From positions 89,570 to 153,569 of the forward strand of contig JAQGDQ010000526.1 in NCBI GenBank assembly GCA_030141605.1: a DNA stretch of 64,000 nt. Reading direction: 5' to 3'. Made by a program: the position numbers and the translations under genes. The notes under the pieces are model-generated. The model worked only from the letters and a program-made list of their open reading frames with translations, was not told the DNA's origin and did not search any database. The DNA is from Tubiluchus corallicola. Its lineage: Eukaryota > Animalia > Priapulida. This document shows, piece by piece, positions 41,001-53,500 of this stretch; the first letter of the stretch is position 1, and each line of letters opens with the position of its first letter.

Positions 41001-42507
41001 AATTTGATGTTAGAGAATAGACTATGCTGATAGCCTGCTGAGTTTGTTTGTGTACAATAACAGAATTACACTGTATCTAGACAAATGCAAGGTTCCATAT
41101 CAAAAATTGACTGCATCGTTTAGTTCTTTCTCTTAATAAACTACAGTTTAATTAAGGTAACCGTCAAATGATGCAAGATTAAATTAAACTGACCAGAATC
41201 AACTTAGCTAACCGGTATCTATGCTAGTATTTAATATCATCATACGCAAACACACATTGACAGCCTTCAAAAAAGTCTTCGCTAATGTCAAACTTTGAAT
41301 AAGGTTGTTTTTTTTTGGGGGGGGGGACTACCTCAATATATTTTGTTAAAGTTTTATCATTACAAAATTTGGTTTCTCAACACTTGCGAACATTCTGCAA
41401 AAAACAGAGAGTGCATTAAAAAATTGAAAAATTTTTATACTCGTTATCTATTTCCAGTGTAACTTTTGCCTGTATATTTTTTCAGAAACAAATCCAATGT
41501 ATTACACTAATTTATTATTTGCTTATTCTAAATTATGGCTTCGCAGATTGGCTTCGCAAACTTAAGTTTACAATTAACCTGTGTGACCTAGTTTAGTTTA
41601 TTTGTTATAGAAACTCAAGTAACAAAGGCAGTTTTGTGACATTTTTGTTTTTTATTTTTGTTTAATTTTAATAAACTAATTAACAATGTAGTAAATGCAT
41701 CTCCGGAAGTTTAATGTGACATTTTGTCCAACGTCAACTGAGAACACTCACCTTTTGCTATACACTACTAATTTCATAAGATCTACATGCAGTTTATTGT
41801 TTGTGAGCTCCTATGATGCTTAAAAGAACCTGGCGTGCCATATAAAGTCCATGCCGATCTGTTTGAAAGGCTGTATCCTAGAGAAAGGGGTGTGATTAAC
41901 TACCCTCTAGTAAATATATACAGCGATTTCATTCGAAAAGCACCTGACCTTGTAAGGAGACAGCTCAAGATTCATATACAAGCCAAGGAATGAATGTTTT
42001 GCTGCCTTCATTCCATGCAAACCACAAGAACTGTTATTTCATGCTTAGTGTATAAAACCATATTGCTGTCAACAACAACAATGAAAAAACAACAATTGTA
42101 TATTGAAAAGGTTAACTTACCCCATCGAAGTAATCATCATAATAGTAAGGCGTGTATGACCAGTTACTGTAATCAGGGTAACCATCTTCTGTTACATTTG
42201 CAGCAGCTGTTAGATTTTGTTCTTTGAAGTATTTTGATGAAGACACTGGATTTTTGTTGCAAATTGTCACAGCAGGAAAGTTCAGCTTACCGTCGTTGCG
42301 CACACCTATTGTAACTGTTTTGGGGGAACTGTTAAACTTCACAGCAATTTGATAAACTTGAATACCACCATAAACAACTACACCAAGGAAAAGAAGTATC
42401 CATACTAATCGAACTGTCATATGCGGCGAGAAAAAAGCTCTGTATATTCCATGAGCAGAAGTGCTAGCTGCAAAATATTGCAAGGGTTTATTCAACTGAT
42501 CATCCAT
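26652..42507 (-). CDS. DEG/ENaC/ASIC-family (amiloride-sensitive sodium channel) subunit, copy B, intact, ~505 aa
   Basis: Phase-compatible GT-AG exons 42121-42507, 40802-40977, 40358-40476, 39996-40156, 37853-37954, 34834-34948, 33427-33496, 33127-33184, 29472-~29536, 28667-28742, 26652-26840 (1518 nt). Motifs: TSAHG, TM1, FPAVTICN, GRCFTFN, Cys-rich thumb, DNFVKLDIFY, WQTLMSELGGSLGLCFGCSILTIFEFIE (TM2), stop TAG. Confidence 0.93.
28817..29121. repeat. (CT)n / (CTCTT)n microsatellite
   Basis: Directly visible. Absent from the corresponding intron of copy A. Confidence 0.97.
30299..32386 (+). mobile_element. Degenerate pogo/Fot1-like (Tc1/mariner superfamily) DNA transposon
   Basis: Imperfect TIRs TA-TATTGTGGTAAT ... 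ATTACCCCCAATA-TA with TA TSD. Broken DDE motifs WNPDETGLQ (~30749), SESGWVKDE, LLVLYGHTTH (~31067), HASHHLQQLDKNVFSSLK (~31163). Multiple stops and frameshifts. Confidence 0.88.
36000..36420 (-). mobile_element. Degraded L2-like LINE 3' ORF fragment
   Basis: TPVL..*PWLPTVHKVTFRFILIAYNSL...SDLLRLY resembles the L2 ORF2 C-terminal TPVL..LHWLP...RI.FK.LL..YK.L motif. Confidence 0.6.
39618..39764. mobile_element. Short Tc1/mariner-type MITE with TATAACGCC internal repeats
   Basis: (A)AGTCAAACATCGTTATA ... TATAAAGAGGTTTGACTG inverted ends; about five TTATAAYGCC units. Confidence 0.65.
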
Positions 42508-44074
42508 AATTAACAACACAAAAGCTGTGGGTTAAAGTTTATAATGGTATCGAAGTACTGTATAGTTACTGCACAATTTAATTCCTACAGCAAAAACTGG
42601 ACACCAAACCAAACCGAACCCCAAAGAAATAATATATTACACATAAACAATTGTCATAATAAGAACTATCAGTTTTATTATGCTATCATGAAAACTATCA
42701 GTTTTGTAGTACCTCGTTTATCAAGCATTCATAATAATGAGTTGACATGGATACTAGGGGTTGTCCAGCAACAGTGACTATTACGACCACAGTAGTTTCA
42801 TAAATAAAACAGCGGCAAATATGTGCGCAATTATATAGGTAAAGGCAAGAATAAAGAATATTATTGATCTAGATGTTGAAAATAAATCAACAACAAGGCT
42901 GTGATATAAATGAATATCAACAATGTCTACTACAAATATCTGTACATATTTGCAGCTGTTTTATTATTTAAGCTAGAATGGTCATATTATTCACATTACT
43001 TGTCAGCCCCTAGCATCCATGACTGTTTCTATTTTCTGGTTCTCATAATATGAACACGTTTAAACACCAATATATGCATGGACAGGAAAGCCATATGTAT
43101 GTAGAAAAACCAAAGCAAGAACGTCCGCTGAGTTAAACAAAGGAGTTTATGTTTCATCTGTAATTCACCATCAGTAATTGACGTTTATAAATATAATCTA
43201 TAACTTAGCAGCCAGCCTTACTTTAATTTTCTAATTAGACTGTAGTAGTATGAAACCATTAACTATTTATTTGTTACAAATAAAACAAATATATACATGC
43301 TTGTTATTGGACTTTTAGTCCAAAAGCAGGAATTCCACACTCAAAAACAAATGTACGCCGTAACACGCAGACAAAACATGTAATCTGACAAGCATTATGT
43401 GAAACAGAAAATGTATATTTGTCTGAAAAACTGATGCAATGCAGATTAAAAAGTACAGATTTGAAATGAAATTTCACGATAAATTCATGTAATACATTGT
43501 TATAAGTTAATTTCAATAAAAAAGTTGTATATTGTGTAAAATTATTGCAATGATAGCGTGATAAAATAGAATTGAGAACTGGATCTGACAAAGCAGGCCC
43601 ATGTTTAGATTTAAAAATAGTAAAACAAAAATGAAATGATTACTGATTTTGCAGTTTTTCTTTGAAACCTTTAAACTTCGTGTGGTTGGAGTGTGATAAT
43701 AGAGGTTTATGCACACATTAACATTTTTACATCGATTTTTGAAATGAACTTGCGTGTCTTCCAATCTCGTTTGCAGAAGATTGCACGTCAAAGCCGTTTT
43801 CCTCAATGTCTACAACAAGCTTGTATATTTATTCTCTTTAAACTTGTTTACTTTTTCAATGTTCATGTGAAAAGGGACTGTCAGCTCGACTATGAATTAT
43901 TTCTTCGGTAGTTTAAATACTCATATATGTCAGTGGTATTTATACGTGGAATGTATTTTTTGTTCATTCATGTATAGTGCTAACTCTATTGCTGTTAAAA
44001 CCAGTTAAATCAACATGAACTATGAAGCCAGTTGACAGACACTGAAGAAGTTTGCGTATTCCAATAACGAACCA

Positions 44075-44158
44075 TGTATACCTTATTGTAACATTACCTT
44101 ACTGAAGGGAAATAATGAAATATGTATACCTTGTAACATTACCTTACTGAAGGGAAAT
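44075..44158. repeat. Short tandem duplication (~36 bp x2)
   Basis: TGTATACCTT(AT)TGTAACATTACCTTACTGAAGGGAAA appears twice. Confidence 0.8.
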
Positions 44159-44171
44159 GTTACAAGAATTA

Positions 44172-44400
44172 CTAATGTGAGAAAATGATTCCGTGTAGTT
44201 GCAGTCTGAGAATTTGGCTAAGGCTTTTTTGCCGCAAACAGAAAGGTTGTGATTTCGGTAGCGCATTGACTTTTGTATTATACGCAAATACCAGAATGTC
44301 CTTTGGGAGATTACAAGTCACACTCTTCCAGTCAGTGCGATTAATTTCTTTATAAGATTGCAAAATAAACAGCCCGCATCACCTGAGTTTTGATTTTAAA
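44172..44400 (-). mobile_element. Possible non-LTR retroelement fragment (post-RT region of R2/NeSL-like elements)
   Basis: WKSVTCNLPKDILVFAYNTKVNALP...CLRQKSLSQIL resembles W....LP...L.F..N....LPT...C.LC...L.HIL; short and degenerate. Confidence 0.35.
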
Positions 44401-46560
44401 TTGTCAGTCACAATGAATAAGAAATTGGACGCCTTTGTTTCTTTTTTAGAGCTTAGTTGTGGTTTCTACTGCTGGCCTGAGGTACAGTGAAAAATAAGGA
44501 AAACAAGTTTGAAATAGACGAAAAAATAACTGAGTTGACAAGGGTGTGTTGTAGTGGTGATTTAGTAACTGATAAACAGAATCTTAAAGTAATCAATTTT
44601 GACGTAATGTAAAAATTCTAATGATTAACGTTGTTATTTATCCACCCATATATATATATACCACCGAAATTAACATATAGATTACAAATATTCCTATAGG
44701 ACAGGTTAATTTATGCAATATTTGTATGTAAAATCAATGCCTTGAATTGCCTTCCTCTCGGGGCTGTGTAGATTTAGTTCACTTAATTTATTACATTACC
44801 GTTGAGTTTCACGCTAAAAGGGAATTAGGTATATGACGTTAATAAAAACTCGTGCTAAATCCACGTATCGTAAATTATATCACTCCATATAACAGTTCAT
44901 ACAGGGTGTCATAGATAAACACTACCTTTTTCTCTTTTAATATATTCATTTTACTACGCATGCGCGAATCTCATTGGTTACGTTGATATGTACAGGTTAT
45001 ATACTATACCCATTTCTTATTAACTAGTCTATGACTACGACAATACATACGTCACTTGTCAACGAATTGAAACCCACCGTTTGCAACACTATGGTTTGCA
45101 ATTGTGCAAATTACGTAAGGCCGGAGAAACAAAAAAATGCAATATAACACAATAATTACAGTTATTTGTGAGAATGAAGAGCGATTTTAACATTTTTGTT
45201 GCTGTGTCTAATTTTACACAGAAATATCTTGTATGTTACATGTCAATATAATCAGAAAAAACTGCATTGTGATACGCGATACATTAAGGTAAAAAGTAAC
45301 CCCAAACGGCATCAATGATAAAAAAATACGTATGATCCATTTCTATTGTTATGCATCTTTTGTTTTCTGTAACGCCATCAGGAAAACAAAACAACTCAGT
45401 TATAGTGAAAAAGGAATTCTGACTGCAAATCTATTATTGTATGTAATATGCTACATAAACCTGTAGTAAACCTCGCGATTATTATTATTATTTAATTATT
45501 AGTAACAATTTAGTACAACGTGTGTACTTATTAGTTAATTACAATTATAGTTATTTAGTTTATTATTAGCTTTAGTCATTATAGTTTTTGATAGATCATT
45601 GTACATGCATTTGAATGTGATAAAAACTCATGCTAAGCCTATGTATCTTTCCATATAACGTTTTATGTATGAGATTCGCCCATGAGCAGCCCATAGTGGA
45701 TGTGATAGACAAGCACTACCTTTTCTGTTCTGTTTCATTTATATTGCGCATGCGCAAACCTCATTGCTCCACGAGACTGTTATTTGTGAGAACGAAGCCC
45801 GATTTTGGTATTTTTTCCTGTTGTGTCAAATTTTACACAGAAATATCTTGTATGTAACATGTCAATATAATAAATAGTCTCTGGTTTAATTGTTGTGAAT
45901 AAATTTAGGAATACGAATTTTGGCGAATAATTGATTGAGTTATCAGATGAATTAGATTCAGATTAGAATATGAACATGTTTTTGTAAGTAATATTGCATT
46001 ATTATTTTTTGTTACTTGATAATAATTGATAATGTCTGTGTATTACTAAAATTCAACTACAACTAATATGTGCATTCATTTTCATGTGAACCATGCCTTG
46101 ATCTCACCACTTTAGGTTCTATTTTCTAATCTACAAACAGTTTCTTCACAGTTTTATCCATAAATTAGTGACTTTTTCCATACAGAAAACATTTTTCTTC
46201 CATTTTGCTTTCAAGACTGTTATGCTATGGTGCATTTACCAGGCTTAGGCAGCAATTCTTGCCCTAACAATCGATAATTGTGTGTGATTTTAATGCTTTG
46301 AAATCCCTTGTTGAAAGTTAAACAACACTGTACACGTGTATATGGATGCGTGACAACTTGAATATTACTTGCTCAACTTTGTTCAATTTTTATAACATTT
46401 TTAACTGTTATGTATGCTATTTGTTTGCGTTTTCAGATTTGCCTGTGTTTTGATACTACATTTTTGTCACTAAGTGTAATAACACTGTGCAATCAAAGAT
46501 TTTGTTAGCAGTTTTCTTTTCATGGGTTCACGAGTTTACTCATACACACATTAATTAGCA

Positions 46561-47174
46561 CACTAAGTCCTCGCTTAACGATGCTCATTGGTGCCAGCAA
46601 AACACTACATTAAGTGAAACGTCGTTAAACAAAATCAAAACTTCCATAGAAAACAATAGAAAAGATATGAGATACGTTCCAGCGGCAAAAATCAGTGCTG
46701 TTCAAATCATATAAATTAAACATTTATGAGTTTCATTATGGTTTTTAATAGCTAATTTCTTTCTGCTTGTTTGAAAACCATTTATCTTGCTTACCAATAC
46801 ATACCTAATTAGCCGTTTCTCTTTCATTAAGATTTAAGCGTAGGCAGCCATTAAACAATAAACACTGCAGAGTCAAAGCCAAGCGCTGCACGAGGCGACC
46901 GATAGAAACTGCAGCTAGTATAGTAATCAGTCGGGAAGCAAAAACATATATAATAATGATGCACTTTAAAACAGAATAACGCAATACGTGCCATTTCAAT
47001 ACTTCAAATTAAGTAAAAAAGGTGCTGATAAATGAAAATTGAGTTTCGGCAAAGTAAAAAAATCGTCGTTAAAATGAAATGTGCGCCGTTAAGCGAAAAA
47101 CATGTGTCAAATGTTCAAACGTAGCTAAAATAAAATGTCGCTAAACGGGAAGTCGTTTAATTGAGGACTTCCTG
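46561..47174. mobile_element. Tc1/mariner (Tigger-like) MITE
   Basis: Inverted termini CACTAAGTCCTCGCTTAACG ... CGTTTAATTGAGGACTTCCTG; internal CGTTAA subrepeats. Confidence 0.7.
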
Positions 47175-47310
47175 CACATAAATACATAAACACACTAGCC
47201 AACATCTTGTGAATTAAAAAAGCGGACACATTGGCATTGCATGTAAGCTACTTTAAATGAATGCAAATAAAACACGGTCACTAGCAAACATTACTAAGCA
47301 ATCACATAAA

Positions 47311-47316
47311 TTTATT
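47311..47316 (-). promoter_or_regulatory. Candidate polyadenylation signal of Haspin
   Basis: AATAAA on the minus strand ~250 nt after the stop. The AT-rich context lowers specificity. Confidence 0.3.
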
Positions 47317-47566
47317 GATTATCTATTAATATTTCAAAGTCACTAATAACAGATGGGACTACACTTAAAACATCAGGAATATCGCAACTATTTCTAATAG
47401 ACGTTACAGAAACAGAATGAAGGTATTGTTCCAAAAGATAATTAAATTCGGCTTTAACAAACTGTATACTAAAACAGCAAATAAAATTTAACTAAAACTA
47501 TATACTTTGTCAGGTCTCTAAAAATACATTTGTACACTATACACACATCTATTCACAGAGAACTGC

Positions 47567-50500
47567 TTATCTTTCTCCTTTGATAGAGAAAAACAAGCAG
47601 TCTTCTAAAATGTTATTAGCTGACTTGAAACTCAGCAATTCATCATAAGTTATGCGAAGCTGTTCCATCACATTCCTGCAGTCCTGATCATGTCTTTTGT
47701 ACGCTGTCTCAAACAACAACTTGTTCATTATGTAGTGAATCCATAGCACATTTGTGTAGGGGCAATATCTTTCCCAATTATTACTGGAAAAATATTATAA
47801 TAAAATTAAGTCAAATTACTTAAAACGAATTAGTTGTGACCTAACAACCTGGACAAAAAAAAAACGCAAAATATGATGAAGGTTTTAGTAAATATTGTCC
47901 GGAATTTCCACCTACAAACTGAGTAGTTTTATTTCATGCTCAGATGAGATTTTGCTTTGCTATCATGTGACAGAAGATCTAAATGAATAAATTAACAGTA
48001 GTTATGCATTGTGCCTGAAGTTATATAAATCTATACATTTTCTTAATTAATCCCATGTTATATTTATTTATTGACAATTTACAAGCCATACAATTACAAG
48101 CTACAAAAATATATAAACAATGCAACACATTAATATGAAGAAAAAACTACACAGACAAAACCCCGCACATGGGGTATAATTGTCACACAATACACAATAA
48201 TTAATAATAGTAATAATAATAACAATAGTAAACGGTATTAACAGTGGTTAAATATTACAATTACATTATATTATGTTAAGTTATTTTACATAGTTTAGTA
48301 CACAGTTTAGTACATGATAAAGCATTAGGTATTTAACTTAATAAGGTAAAAGAATAGTATGAGTGATGATATATTTTTACAGATGAAAATTTGACGCCAT
48401 ATTGCACTTTGGATACATACACACATACATAATCTTTATTTAAAGTCGGGCGTATAACGGAAGAACATAGGCTATTCATACCGACTAAAATACACTATGC
48501 TAATTTTTTTTACTAAAAATATACGTACAATATTACTCGAATTTGAAATAAAATCAAAAACGAATGAAAAAATTGGGTACTCTGCAAAATATAAAATAAA
48601 ATCATAAAAGCAAGGATAAAAACAAAATAGTCACAAAATATGATTAATAGAAATACAGTAGGTGCAGCTTAATATGTAACTGTAATTTAAATGCTCTCAT
48701 CTGCGACAATCATGTCTATTAAATACTTACCCGTTTGCCTTTTGCATCAACCTGTATATCTCAAACTGATAATCATTTTCTCCAGTAAACAAGGTTGGAT
48801 CAGCAGCAAGGTCAGCATACACAATTCCAAACCCTACAAAAAACAGCACAAAATTATAATAATATAGTGCAGCTTTATTCTTGGACACATTTGGAATGTC
48901 ATTGTTGGTCACCTACACTTTTGTTATGATTAAAAATAGCTTTAATCAAACGAATTCACTGCTCTCGATCTATAGGAATTTCTCTACAAAAGAGTCAACA
49001 GTAGCACATACCACGCCAAACTTACAAGAAAAAGTTAAATCCTAAAAATTAATCTTACAAGAGAGGCTTACATAATTTATTATGGGATCATTAGTAAACA
49101 GGACAATTTATTGCCTACAGTACATTGCAGTAACAACACTGACAAAAATTGACATTGGTTTTCTAAATTAAATTAAATCAAATCCTGCTACACTAAGCAA
49201 GACATTTTAAAGTAAATTTTCTTTTTTTAATTCGTGTCGCAATTTGGCTGACAAATATAATAGATTATGTATGAAAAGCCCTCCCTTAGTCCCGACCAGC
49301 AATGCTTCATGATAACTATGAACCCCAGGTACCAATGCAAAATAATGATACAACAAAACTCAGGCTTTGTGTTACAACATTCTAATCTTTTACAACATTT
49401 TTGTTGACTTTATAAATGATCAGAATGCTTGAAATAAACGACTAAATTACAAAAGCAGTTGTGGCTAGTAAGTCTAAATTATATGCATGCTTCAATGTAA
49501 GCAAGAAAGTGATTTCACATATCACAGTGGCAGGTGTCATAAAGTCAGCATACCTCCTCTGAGACGTGACAGCGTGAAATCAATCATGGTAACATGGACA
49601 CCATGGGATTTTATTGAGAAGCATTGCTTATTATGAATGTACGACACAAACGGGTCATCAGTCCGCTTCACCAGCACATTACCCCAATGTAGGTCTCTAT
49701 GTTCAAACTCGTAGGCAGTTTCTGCTACAGCTAATGTGCACACTAATTGCTGCACTACGCTGAATGCTTCCAGCACATTATCAAACTACAAAAACAAAGG
49801 ATTTATGATTTATCCAGCTAAACGTATTTGTCTAAAAATTTTATATTATCTGCATATAAGCATATCGCACGCAGAGTGCAAAGATCTTGTTACAAGCGAT
49901 GCAAAGCAAAATTTTAAAATTTAAGCTCCTGTTTTCGTTAAAGGAAAACTAGACGATTGTGTAAACATTAGTTCAGAATAAAGAATGCTCCAAAATATTA
50001 AAAACTACAATAGCTTTTTTTAAATCAAAGCTCAGATTAAATAATGATTACCACGGATACTCATATTTTGTTAAACTTTCAAATCTACGAGCAGCTCAGT
50101 GAATCTACTAAGATTGGCAATGGCGCCATTTTGTCATATGCATGTACCAAACACATAGAAGGTGGCACCATGATCATGAACTGCAGTGTTAGTTTCTGAT
50201 CTCATATGACTTAGAGCCCATTTTCATGACATTACGCATTTAAGCAGTAACACTTATGCAAATGTGCTTGTCGTGCAAGGGAAAATGCCTACCATTGCAC
50301 AAACAGAATCTCATAACTTGCATCTGAAGAACAAATTAAATACATGATAAAAATTTTTTACCTGGAATGATTCTAGCATGACTCCTCCGTCACCGAATTC
50401 AAACATTATGTACAGCTGATCTTGGTCAAACATATCTTAAAAAAAATAACAGCTTGCAAAATTAATTATGCAAGAGTATTCAAAACAGAGCAAAAATAAC

Positions 50501-53500
50501 AAATGTAAGTACAACAAACATGTTGAAAAAACTTTAATATTGTGCAGCTATTTTGATCCACAACAAGTTTGTAAACTAGAATGCAGCTGAAAAAAATCTT
50601 AACACATAATTAGGTGTATGAGATCATAACAGATGAGTTTTTCAGCAATAAAACAGGAAAATTTCAAACCACACGAGACTTCTAGTAGCATGTAGTACAT
50701 TAAACATGAAAATAATGTTTCATGCAAGCTGTTTTCTATAAATATAAACAAACTGGCTAAAGAAATAAAATGTTCTCAGCTTGGTATTAAACTAACTGGA
50801 AACTTTTTTGTTTATATACTGCTATATGCTGAGGATAATGTACATATATCATAGACACCTGAAAAGCGACAAAAGATGCTGGATACTGTTTGCAATTACT
50901 GCTACAAAAGGCAACTAAATTTGCATGAAGAAAAGACAAACGTAGTGCGTTTCAGAATCAAGATGAGGGAAAAAATTCCTGTTTCACTTCTGAATCTGAT
51001 AATTCAGTACAGTTAAAACTCAATACAAGCACCTTAGTTTACTATGCTAACCTGGCTTTTCATTCTCTGATTTGTGTTTTTCATCGTATACATCCCACTC
51101 ATCAAGGAGAAGCTGTGGATACTTGCCCTGAGCAACACGTATACGGTTGACGCAAACAAAGTTGCTAGTTCGATTTGACCTGTCCTCTCGTCGCAGATTG
51201 CTCAGTTTTCTACAGAAAAAATATACACAGAATAAAAGAAATAAAAGTGCTGGCAGGAGTAACAGTAACAATTAGTATCGTAATACCGGTAAAATTAAGG
51301 ATGCGCAGCTCAATCAGATATTTAATAAGCAAAATTTCACATTTGGTATAACATTAAGTACATGATACTACATCTCCATTTATTACAGTAACTATTAGTA
51401 ACGTATTACCTGAAGATCCAGGATACACAATTCAGTCTAGTCATTTATTTGAATACCCAAAATTGGATATGTATAATGTTAAGCAGTATTATCTAATTAT
51501 AAATTATTATGCACTGATTACTAATATTTCCTGAATGATGAATCACGTGCAACAAAAAATGTGAATGTAATAAATACAGTCATACCTCCATTTTCAAACG
51601 ATTCCGTACTTGTACAAATCGATTTTCGACCAAAAAATTCGAGCTGAAATTGTCTCCATTCTCGACCAACCCCCAAACACATGGCGAGTCAGTAGAGCCG
51701 AGCATAACTGACCACACCCGAGAGTATTCACGCACGTTTCCGATCTTGCGTACATATACCATCACACTGCTACCAACATGTGAGGTTTTTCAAGCAGGAA
51801 TAATTATGTTTTTCTTTCTAAGTAATTCTATTGTGTTTTTCTTATCAATAATATCACATCTACTGTTTGAATAAACATTTTTACATTATTATATTTCATT
51901 TTAGCAATGCTTTAAAGTTCATTTGGTGCTTGAGAACGCATTATTTGCTTTTGCATTATTTCTTATGGGAATAAATGATTCGGTACTCAACCAAATCGGT
52001 TTTCAAACCCTTCAGGAAAGAATTATGGTCGAAAACCGAGGTATGACTGTATTAACAAAGCACAAAATTAGACCAATAACCTCACATAAAAAATTTATCA
52101 TTTCTACTCGCAACAGCGATTTCAACTATCTGAGGATTTTTTGGCACAATTAAGTAGAGATTTGAAACTAACTGTTATATATTCAGAAAGTGCGGTTGTA
52201 TGGTTGCACATATGAATTCATTAAATGACTTCGCTGTGCTAAAAGCGATTGGAAATCTAAGCAAACTAATGATGTAACATACAACTAAGTGTAGCAAGGC
52301 AACACTGCTTATCAAAATAGGAAATTTCCGGGGGTTGTGATTCTGTCATTTTTCAATAACTGTTCCAAGTATCGTTTATAAATCAGCCTCAAAATTAAAC
52401 AACTTCACACTAATGAACAAACACGAAGTACAACTGCACATACTGATTAAAGGACAAGAAAAGGGGTACCTGAAGTAGGTTTCAGAAGAATCGCCTTAAA
52501 AATTGTATTATTTTGCAGCAATTTTATGCATCTGTCGTACCCAAGTTAAAAGGAATTTTTGTTTGTTTGCATTTGAAATCTCCAGCAATACTCTTCCAAA
52601 GTCGCCATTACATGACGTCACTACGCAAACGTAAATCATGTTAAATTATGTCCCAAAAAACTTTCCATGCAAATCTATATTACTTAGCATTTTGCTTACC
52701 TGTTGGAAAGACTTGTGTAACTAGAAATGATAATTTAAAATGTTTGTGCCAATTAGTAAAATGTCGCTGGCTTCCTCTAGGGTCTAGGGTGCGCCACTCA
52801 CTAACCAAAACTTGTTTTTAATCTTATTGACAAGACTTATTTAACTTAATTAGCAACATGTGTGCTACGATTGCTCTAATTTTTTTCAAACCTCAGGTAA
52901 TGTTATCTAAACTTGTTTCAAATAACCTACCATTAGAGGCTACGCCTAACGGTCATCGTCGTAGTTTAAATTTACGTTTTATACAACGTTACTGCTGATG
53001 CAAGCCCTGCATGCAAAAAGGCAGTAGATAAGTGGCATGAAATTTCAAGATGAATTTACTTCAGAACTCTCTTACGTTGATATAGTTGCTTCTGACCAGA
53101 TTTCTGCTATAGTCTTTTGAGGCTCGCCGTTAATACTGATGTCACCATTAATAGGAACAATTTTCAAAACCACCGACTGTTTCCTGCTGTTTACAGTCCT
53201 GAAGACTTCACCAAAGACACCTTCGCCAATTTTTTTACATTTGCTCAACATTCTGTAAAAAGTTTAAAAAAACGTTCAAAAATTAAACCACATAATGTTG
53301 ATTGGTGATACACTTTCTCCCTAAAAAGGCATTCAGCACTCACAAGAATGCAGAAAAATAAAAAAAACTAAAGGAACCTAAGAAGGGAGCAGAACACAGT
53401 ATCCCAGACACGCAAAACCCAACAATCATGCAGACTCGAAAAAAATTAATGAGGAGAAATCATTTGTATGCTTGCATAGCAAACTTGTACATGAGCTGGC

